Below are positions 51,861-60,016 of a stretch of 64,000 nucleotides of DNA, one piece after another. Location: positions 94,054,001 through 94,118,000 of the forward strand of contig NC_135895.1 in the NCBI RefSeq assembly GCF_964194155.1, read 5' to 3'. Below the pieces are notes generated by a model that worked only from the letters and a program-made list of their open reading frames with translations, was not told where the DNA came from and searched no databases. Position 1 is the first letter of the stretch. Each line of letters begins with the position of its first letter. This DNA is from Cetorhinus maximus (lineage: Eukaryota). The position numbers and the translations under genes were made by a program.

Positions 51861-52954
51861 ACCAAAGACACCAATCTTTCTGACCCAGATGCAAGAGCGC
51901 TGGGCCAAGGCTGACAGTGCTGTCCAATTCATGTGATTGGTCTGAATTAAATATCAGACCCTGCTTTCAACTTTTTTTCTCACTCGCTATCAATCACAGT
52001 TCCCTACAAATCTATCAGATCATTTTATCTGTTCTGGATCTACAAGCACTTCCTGTTCTAGTTACTCAGTCTATAATGATTAACAGAAAGCCTTGCCAAT
52101 TATTCTTATAGCAATCACTTGATATCTGGATCAGGAAATCCCAGTTGTTCCAATAACGCGGTTGTGGTGGTCTAATTGATTGCTATGATTGATGGACCAT
52201 AACAGGCTATTTAAAAAGGTAAATTGAAAGTATCCGGTTCAAATAACATGAATGTTACAGTATTCAGGTTTGAAATTATAAACCTAAAAGTAATAAAGTC
52301 GGTTTCATGTGAAGATTAATGCACATAATTTGATTTGAAAGTTTGAAATTCTATTACCATTTCGAAACGAACACATCTGGAATGAATTTCCAAATGCAGT
52401 AATAGTGAAATTACTATTTGAACAACTGATTGATTAGCAGGAGGTAAATTTAGGTTTAAATCTCCAATTGAATGAAATTCTCCGTCATCTATTGTAACAC
52501 TAGAAAAGCTCCATGTGACAGAACGTCACTTTGAAACTGTAAAATAATATTTGTTCTGATAGCACAACTTTTCCAGGGGAACAGTTCGGGCAGAGTTAAG
52601 AACGAAATTTGTGCTAGTCGCTTTATACAATGAGCTCAAGCTGCATGTTATTCAGCCAAGTGTTGCCCACTCTATGGATATCATTCCTATTAACAGATTT
52701 TAACCCCAACTCATCTCTCCTGAAGTTCCTGTTTGATTCCCTCCAGCCTAGAGTCAGCTTTCCTCACAGCATTGAAGTAGTCCATGTTACAGTCACAAAT
52801 CCCTTTTCTTGAACCCTTGACTGCCTCAGTCTCATCAGACTACATGTACGATATCAAGTCATGGATGATAACAACTTCCTCCATTTCATAATTGGGAATG
52901 ATGAAGGTAGACATGCATCATGCACTCCGCTCCCTTGCCACTGACTCAGTGTGA

Positions 52955-53098
52955 GGTACTTTTAACCTAACTCACAGTGCAGAAAACCCACGGGATTGGG
53001 TGGAACATTAGTTTTACTCTCCACTAATCAATGAGTGTAAAACTAGCATTGCATCTGACCCTGTCAGTGCCGAGTGGCAGGTTAGGTTAAAATTGTCC
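52955..53098. mobile_element. Short MITE
   Basis: ttttaacctaac ... gttaggttaaaa inverted ends. Confidence 0.45.
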
Positions 53099-53362
53099 TT
53101 CATATCATTCCTTGCCTCTGGGGCTAAGGAGGGAAATAGAGAGAGAGCACTAGAGGAAGTACTAAAGATTATTTCAATACAAAAATTTCAATGGCCCAGC
53201 ATTTCATCCATCAATTAATTAAAAATTGAATCCTGCCCCATTGGGAAAACATATGAAGGTTGAGTAGATTTATGCACCAAACTCTTAACTGCTCCAGACT
53301 CTCAACATAGTGATATGGCAACTATGGGCAAAGAAATAGGGAGACTCCTTATCCAATAATGA

Positions 53363-53496
53363 GAAAGCAGAAAATGCTGCAAATATTCAGCAGGTCAGTC
53401 AGCATCCATGGAAAGCGAAACAGAATTAGTGTTGCAGGTTGAAAGAATTTTCTGTGTTTATTTCAGATTTCCAGCATCAGCCGCATTTTGCTTTTG
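53363..53496. mobile_element. Penelope-derived short inverted-end element (same family as 3976)
   Basis: cagaaaatgctgcaaatattcagcaggtcagtcagcatc ... tttcagatttccagcatc. Confidence 0.6.
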
Positions 53497-53589
53497 TACT
53501 CCTTGTACAACAGTTGTTGCACATTTTTTCAAAAGACTAAGCTACTTTTCGAAACAAAGTTACAACAAGCCATTCATTTGTCCCTGTGA

Positions 53590-55265
53590 AGAAAACGTAA
53601 GAAATAGGAGCAGATGTAGAAGATTCAGCTCCTTGAGCCTGCTCTGCCATTCATTACGATCGTAGCTGAACTTATGCCTCAGCTCGACTTTCTCACCTGC
53701 ACACATACCCCTTGATTCCCTAGGAGGTCAAAAATCTTTCAATTTCAGTCTTGAATATATACTCAACAAAGGAGCATCCATAACCCTCTGAGATAGAGAA
53801 TTCCAAAGATTCACAACCTTTTAAGTGAAGAAATTTCTCCTCATTTCAGTTGTAGATGATTGCCCATTATCCTGAGGTTGCACCCCATATTCTAGATTCC
53901 TCAACCAGGGCAGAGAACCTCTCGGTGTCTGCCCTGTCAAGCACCTTCAGAACCTAGTATGTTTCAATGAGGTCACCTCTCACTCTTCTACCCCAGAGAG
54001 TATAGGCCCAATTTACTTAGCCTCTCATTATAGGACCCTTAAACCAAGGTCAAGCTGCCTAGTTTAAATTTTCCTTGACATTATGTTTGGCAGTTAATTG
54101 TCAGTCGCCATCACTGGTGCATTCTCCATGGCAACGCTTCTACCAATCTGAGTCCACTTGCCAACCAATCAGCACTCTCTTCACATACAGTATAAATTGT
54201 TGTTTTCCCCTTATATTGGTATTCTTATGAAGGGCCCTGATAAGTGCAAGATGAAATGCTTCAGCATGTCTCTTTTTTCAGCAATGCTCAAGTTCTGTAC
54301 TACTAAACCACTATTCATTAATACTATAGATTGTAAATATCTGAGGCCCCAGCACAGATCCTTGTAGCACTCTAGTCACAGCCTGCCAACTTGAAAATGC
54401 CCCATTTATCTCTCTCTCTGTTTCCTGCCCATTATCAACTCCCATCCATGCTCATATATTATACCCAGCTCCATGACCCCTTATCTTTTGCATTAACCTT
54501 TTGAGTGGCACCTTATTGAAAGCCTTTTGGAAATCCAAGTAGACTACATCTACTGGTTCCCCTACTAGTTACATCCTCAAAATACTCTGATAATGTCAAA
54601 CACTATTTCCCTTTCATAAAGCCATGTTGACTCTGTCTTAGCATATTATGATGTTCTAAGTGCATTGTTAAGACTTCCTTAATAATAGATTCTAGCATTT
54701 TCTGAGGACTGATGTCAGGCTAAATGGCCTGTGGATCTCTGTTTTCCCTCTCCTCCCGCTCCCCACAACCACCACCACCCCCACCCCCCGCCATCTTGAA
54801 TAGTGGTGCTACATTTTCTAAACTGCTGAGACCATTCTACAATCTAGGGAATTTTGTAAAATTTGTTCATTCACTATCTCCACAGCTACCTCTTTTAGAA
54901 CCTTAGGATGTAGGCCATCAAGTCCTGGGGATTTGTTAACTTTTAATTCCTTAAGTTTTTCTCTGCTGACATTAATTACCTCAAATTCCTCACTCTTTTT
55001 AGCCCCTAGGTTACCCTCTTTTTCTAGTCTGTAATTTGCATCCTCTCCAGTGAAGACAAATACAAAATATTTGTTCAATGTCTCTGCCATTTCCTCATTC
55101 CCCATGATGATTTATCCTGTCTCTGCTTCTAAGGGAAACAATATTTACTTTAGCTACTCTCCTCTTTATGTATTTGTAAAATCTCTTACAATCTGTTTTT
55201 ATATCCCTGGCTAGTTTACTCTCATGTTCATTTTCCTCTTTTAATCAACTTTTTGGTCGCCCTTT
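53590..55265 (-). mobile_element. CR1 ORF2/3' UTR fragment interrupted by a Penelope pLTR
   Basis: MGNEEMAETLNKYF..KSPGLDGLHPKVLKEVAVEI; CR1 3' UTR at 53595-53660. Confidence 0.8.
54040..54310 (+). mobile_element. Penelope-like pseudo-LTR copy (same family as 41047)
   Basis: ctggtgcattctccatggcaa..gagtccacttgccaaccaatcagcac..cagtataaatt..CTGATaAgtgcaagatGAAAtgctTC..gcatgtctcttttt. Confidence 0.8.
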
Positions 55266-55360
55266 GTCTTCATACATTAATTTATCCTTTGCACTTCAAT
55301 GCACCATGGACTTTTACAGTCACCAGGTAAATACTGATTTCTAAAATCAAAGATTAATAA

Positions 55361-55470
55361 GTAAACAAAAAACTACGATCAGAACTGTCATCGACCTGAA
55401 AAGTTAACTCCATTTCTCTCTCCACGGATATTGCCTGACCTGCTAAGTGTTTCCAGCATTTTCTGCTTTT
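55361..55470 (+). mobile_element. Penelope-derived short insert with 16-bp TSD
   Basis: TSD aatcaaagattaataa at 55345-55360 and 55471-55486; gtcatcgacctGAAA..ctctctccac..cctgacctgct.agtgtttccagcattttctg. Confidence 0.75.
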
Positions 55471-55980
55471 AATCAAAGATTAATAATGCAGCTGCTTTGG
55501 ACTTGAATAGAGGATAAAAGACATTTGGCTTCCAATATTTCACAAGCAGCACTGACTCCATCTAACACTGATCCTGGCCAGAATTTGTGAGGTTAGTGGG
55601 CTTTTTTGGAAATTGCCCACAGAAATAATATAACCAGAGCCCATGTACCGCTATTAAATAGCTATAAAAGAAAACTGGGAAGGTACAATCTATACAGAAC
55701 AGCCAATACTTGTCAGCACAAAAAGAACAACTGAGGAAAAGTAGATGTGGACTGGAAAAGTTATGAATAGATCATACAATGTTAATGCATGATCATAGCA
55801 ATTTACAGCAGTCTGGGGATGGATACTAATTTGGAAGCTTTCCACTTCCATAGCTCCTGAAAGTACCTGGAAAATGAGTGTCATCTGCTTAGGGAGTTTC
55901 GCAGGCCCACATCGACCCAACTCCAGCCATTGTTCAGATCTATATTTTGGAACATTTCTACACCTGGATCTGGAACTACA

Positions 55981-56121
55981 GGCCAGGATTTTCAGGCCCC
56001 ATCGTGGCAGGACGCCCCTCCCCACCCCACTGTGGGTGAATTGGCGGCTCAGCCAAAAATCCATTGACTTTCGACGGGACCGGGTGATCCCACCGGCGGG
56101 CGGGGCTGGAAATTCCCGCCC
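55981..56121. mobile_element. Short Harbinger-type MITE (~140 bp)
   Basis: ggccaggattttcag / ctggaaattcccgccc. Confidence 0.55.
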
Positions 56122-56181
56122 ATGGACTTTTGGTCCAAAGCTAAATAGACTTGGGTGCTCAGAAAGAGGATGGAAGGGAAA

Positions 56182-56580
56182 ATTATTTTATTCTTTCACA
56201 GGATATGGGTGTCACTGGCAAGGCCAGCATTTGTTGCCCATTCCTAATTGCCCTTGAATTGAGGGGCTATCTAGGCTACTTCAGGGGGCAGTTAAGAGTC
56301 AACCACAATGCTATTGACCTGGAGTCACAAGTAGGCCAGGCCAGATAAGGATGCCAGATTTCCTCTCCTAAAGGGCATTAGTAAACCGGATTTTTTTTAC
56401 AATAATTGATGATATTATTATTACTGGTTACCATCACTAAGACTAGCTTTCAATTCCAGGTTTTATTAATTGCGCTTAAATTCCACCAGCTGCTATTGTG
56501 GGATTTGAACCCATGTCCCCAGAGCCTGGGCCTCTGGATTACTGGGATCAGTGACATTATCACTACACCACCATCCCCCC
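56182..56580 (-). mobile_element. tRNA-derived SINE family B, near full length
   Basis: Minus strand ggtggtgtagtgataatg..ggttcaaatccc (A/B boxes); LINE-derived tail shared with 33095 and 14495-14575. Confidence 0.75.
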
Positions 56581-57197
56581 TATTAAAATAAACTAGCTTG
56601 CAAAACTGATTCTACATATGCAGAAATAAGAGCCCAAAGTACCACTATTAAACAGCTGTAAAAACAGCTGGGAAGGTACAATCTATATGGAACAGCCAAT
56701 ACTTGTAAGCACAATAAGACAACTGAGAAAAAGTAGATATGGACGGAAAAACTTCTGAATAGATAATGCAATATTAATGCATGATCATAGCAATGCACAT
56801 TAGCCTGGCAATGGATATTAATTCTGAAGCTTTCCACTTCCATAGCTCCTGAAAATTAAGAGCCGATGAAACCTGCGTCTGGATACAGAGCATGCACTGA
56901 AGTTATCGGTGCTGTCGATGATCAGCTGGTTATGCCTGCCATGCAGACAGCAAAAAAAAAAGTTATATTTGAACCACAAAACATTTCTTTTTCCACATTG
57001 CATCAGTTTTCAACATTAATGTCTCCTTGAAACGAGAACTGCAAATGATGTGCTTGCTCTTCATTTTTGTTAGGTTTTAATGAGCCACGATTCACCCACC
57101 TTTTCAAAAAAAAGTAGCAAGACTTTCCCAGTTTAAACAAAAACATTAGAAAAGTCCAGTACAGAGCTGTCACGAAGGATTTACAAAGAAGACTTAC

Positions 57198-57343
57198 CTT
57201 TGTGACAAAGATCACTTTCCTCGATGTGAACAGCTAGAATATTTTGTTTCTTGTGTGCGTGTACGTACGCCGACCTGTCTTTGGGCTGAAGTTTCTTAGA
57301 ATTCCGTACTTTCTCTGTCATAAACGAAGCTGATGTAAGATGC
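57198..57343 (-). other. Candidate host exon (146 bp)
   Basis: Acceptor ctttttttttcctgcag and donor AAG|gtaagt; one open frame HLTSASFMTEKVRNSKKLQPKDRSAYVHAHKKQNILAVHIEESDLCHK; CpG-rich; product not recognised. Confidence 0.4.
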
Positions 57344-58407
57344 CTGCAGGAAAAAAAAAGCTAACATTCTGGGCATTCTTGGGAGCTAGCCAAGGATCCC
57401 AGAATTCCACCAGTAACACAGGCTGTTTCAATTAGAGGTGCTGATTATAACCAATCACGGCAGTTTAGAGCCATTTTTTACTGGCCTGAGGGACTCTGCC
57501 TATTACTGACAACAAGCACTGTATGAAAAGTGCTGTCAGTCCACAGCTTCATTCTGTTATACGATTATAACTTTCCAAACCAAAAAAAAATACCCCTGAC
57601 AGTAAAATGGGAAGGAAATCAAACTGCGACGTCAGCATTATAGTCCCAAATTTCACTTGTGTGGATTTTGGAATTAAACAGAAAATTTCTGACCTTCCCC
57701 CTCTCCCAGAATACATCTGCTGAAAGCAAGTAAAATGTGCTTTAAATTAGCCAAACTGTACTCAAAAACTCGAGAATCGAATGCACTTGTGTTTTGGAAA
57801 CAAAACTCTTTTTGTCTAACTGCCATGCATGCTATCGAACTAAATCTGTCAATGATTTTGGCCCCAGTCTGTTGTGTAGATTGTCGTAATATTGAGGGAT
57901 CAAAAATTATTTCACTTACAATGATTTCAAAAAACTGAACAATTTTACATTGAGGCTTCTGAGAGAACAGATTGTAATGGAAGCAAAAGGCCTGATTTTA
58001 ACTCTCCAGACCTGGTGGGAACTGAGTAAGTGGGTGGACAGGCAGTTAAAATCATCCAGGAGATTTAACCACCTACATCTTATTCTGTTGCCTTTGTTTT
58101 ATGTTTCCATCTGAGCAGAGGCAAGGGCACCTGCCTGAAGCCAGTGGGGCCTCTCATTTAAATATGCAGTTCAGGGTCTAATGATTCCCTTAGCCCCAAA
58201 TGCTATTTTAACTGGTGGCCTGAGCTGGGAAGCTTTCCCAACAGATGAAGACTGTGAGAAGATCAATCACCTGAAGAAGCTCAATCACACAAGTTTTTTC
58301 CTTGTAAAACCAAGAAGTGAGGGGCCCCACAAGGAAAGGAAAGGTCAGGCCTCCTCTTTCCTCGAAACATTCACCACAAATGCAAGACTATGCTAAAACT
58401 GCCTTCC

Positions 58408-58437
58408 CTTCTCGGCCTTTTGGCTGAGATCAAGTGT
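58408..58437 (+). ncRNA. U2 snRNA 5' fragment (nt ~5-34)
   Basis: cttctcggccttttggctgagatcaagtgt vs vertebrate U2 CTTCTCGGCCTTTTGGCTAAGATCAAGTGT (29/30, reference from memory). Confidence 0.9.
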
Positions 58438-58438
58438 T

Positions 58439-58458
58439 GCAGGGGCGACACCATGATC
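58439..58458 (+). ncRNA. U1 snRNA-like fragment (nt ~12-31)
   Basis: gcaggggcgacaccatgatc vs U1 GCAGGGGAGATACCATGATC (18/20, reference from memory). Confidence 0.7.
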
Positions 58459-60006
58459 CTGCCAAGGCAAGGTCTGGATGGAAAGGCTATAACCAATCGA
58501 AATCCATACCGTGGGTTACCTATCACCGTCCGAGTCACGGTGAACAACAGCGAAGGAGGATCACCTATGGATCGGGACTTCTTCGCCAGGAGGATCCTGT
58601 TGAAGGCGTGCGGCTTCGAAGCTCCGGAGATCTACACCCTGCAGGACTTCCGCAAAGCTGGTTATTTCGACGTGACGTTCAAGCGGGTGGCAGACTGCGT
58701 CCAGCTCCTGAGGGTGTTCGAGGAGAAGAGAGACCTGCCGGAGATGAAGATCCTGACGGCGGAGCCGCACTTTTCTCTGCCGTTGCAACGGGAACGTGTG
58801 GTGATGGTGCATGTGTACAACCCCTTCGTCCCTGTCGCCGACGTGGTCACCTTCCTCACCAGGTACTTCGATAAGGTGGGGAGCGGCACCGAGATTCGAG
58901 ACGACTTGGGGATCTGGACAGGCAAACGCCTGTTTAAGGTCACGCTAAAGACCGATGGTAAGGGAGCCATTTTCCACCCTCCTTCCAGTTTTGCTATCGG
59001 GGGAAACCGTGGCTACCTGGTCTACGCTGGGCAACCCAAGCATTGTCGCTCATGCGGCAAGGCTGGTCATGTGGCGGCCAACTGCCGCGCCTCCCTCTGC
59101 AAGATCTGCAAACAGGAAGGGCACCAGACAAAAGACTGCAAACAGGCCAAGTGCTGCAACCTGTGTGGCGAGGCAGGTCACCTCTACAGGACCTGCCCCA
59201 AACGCTGCCGTACTTACGCACAGGCAGCCAAAGCCGACGAGGGGGAAGCAGAAGAAATGTTTCGTGTCACTCCAACCACCAAGGCCCCCAGGGAGCTCAA
59301 CGGGACAAAGGAGGACACAGAGAGAGACAAGGTGGAGAAAGAGATTGAGGCAACAGACAGCCAATCAGCAGCACTACCCCCAGTACCTCCCAGTCCTCAG
59401 GACAGCGAATCAATGGAGGAGGAGGCAGCAGTGGAAAAGCAGCAGGGGGAGTGGCGGACGGTGAAGAACAACAAAAGTAAGAAGGAGCGAAGAAGAAGCA
59501 AAGCCATTTCCCAGAGAAGCGGCAAGAGGCGTCTCCCATCCGACATGGATGACAAGGGCAGCAGCTCTTCGGAGGATGAAGTGCCAGGGCGGCACCGACA
59601 GAAGAGGCGGCAAAGCTCCAGGGCGTTGGAGGACGAGACACCCGAGCTCCAGAAAATTGGAGACAACAAGGAGACCAGCGCACCCCAACTTTGCCTGCAA
59701 CCTGAGGAGGCCAGTGCACCACAGCCCCTGGAATCTGGGAGCAGTGAGGCAATCATCGCACCCCAGCTCCAGGAAGCCGGGAACGGCAACACCCCAGAGG
59801 GGGTGAGTTTTGGAGAAGCTTCTCCAGCAAAGGTCATCTCAAAACCCGCTCTCTACGTGAACCTCCAGATGCCACCTGAGCAGAACACTGCCAAGGAGAT
59901 CTACCTCAGCCCATCCAAAGTGAAGGAATTTGAGCTCACTACGGGTATGAAGGAGCAGACTAAAGGTCTGGGACTCTCAGAGACAGTGGGTTTGGTAGGA
60001 GAATAA
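58453..60006 (+). CDS. Tx1 ORF1p: RRM-like N-terminus + 3 CCHC zinc knuckles (ZCCHC3-like) + disordered C-terminus, ~517 aa
   Basis: YFDVTF, DDLGIWTG, GQPKHCRSCGKAGHVAANC, CKICKQEGHQTKDC, CNLCGEAGHLYRTC; the ORF-track start 58390 lies outside the TSD, so ATG 58453 is used. Confidence 0.9.
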   Translation: MILPRQGLDGKAITNRNPYRGLPITVRVTVNNSEGGSPMDRDFFARRILLKACGFEAPEIYTLQDFRKAGYFDVTFKRVADCVQLLRVFEEKRDLPEMKILTAEPHFSLPLQRERVVMVHVYNPFVPVADVVTFLTRYFDKVGSGTEIRDDLGIWTGKRLFKVTLKTDGKGAIFHPPSSFAIGGNRGYLVYAGQPKHCRSCGKAGHVAANCRASLCKICKQEGHQTKDCKQAKCCNLCGEAGHLYRTCPKRCRTYAQAAKADEGEAEEMFRVTPTTKAPRELNGTKEDTERDKVEKEIEATDSQSAALPPVPPSPQDSESMEEEAAVEKQQGEWRTVKNNKSKKERRRSKAISQRSGKRRLPSDMDDKGSSSSEDEVPGRHRQKRRQSSRALEDETPELQKIGDNKETSAPQLCLQPEEASAPQPLESGSSEAIIAPQLQEAGNGNTPEGVSFGEASPAKVISKPALYVNLQMPPEQNTAKEIYLSPSKVKEFELTTGMKEQTKGLGLSETVGLVGE

Positions 60007-60016
60007 ATGCTTTAAA

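Larger units (their letters stand above)
55621..56854. repeat. ~235-bp direct duplication (55621-55862 and 56621-56854)
   Basis: Both copies contain ctgggaaggtacaatcta, aacagccaatacttgt, ttaatgcatgatcatagcaat and gaagctttccacttccatagctcctgaaa. Confidence 0.9.

Noticed and set aside
55690-56843. Connexin-like reading of CYDH in the duplicated minus-strand ORFs
   Set aside because: Cysteine spacing does not fit connexin loops, and the copies differ mostly non-synonymously with an indel.
58390-58452. ORF-track start of ORF1 at 58390 (MLKLPSLL..)
   Set aside because: That ATG lies outside the TSD in flanking MITE sequence, so the in-frame extension is fortuitous.
58408-58458. Functional U2 or U1 snRNA gene
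   Set aside because: Only 30-nt and 20-nt fragments are present. No Sm site or 3' domain follows, and the rest of U2 is not found after the LINE's 3' end.
58453-60006. Host ZCCHC3 gene call
   Set aside because: The ORF is followed by LINE ORF2, poly(A) and a TSD, so it is transposon ORF1.
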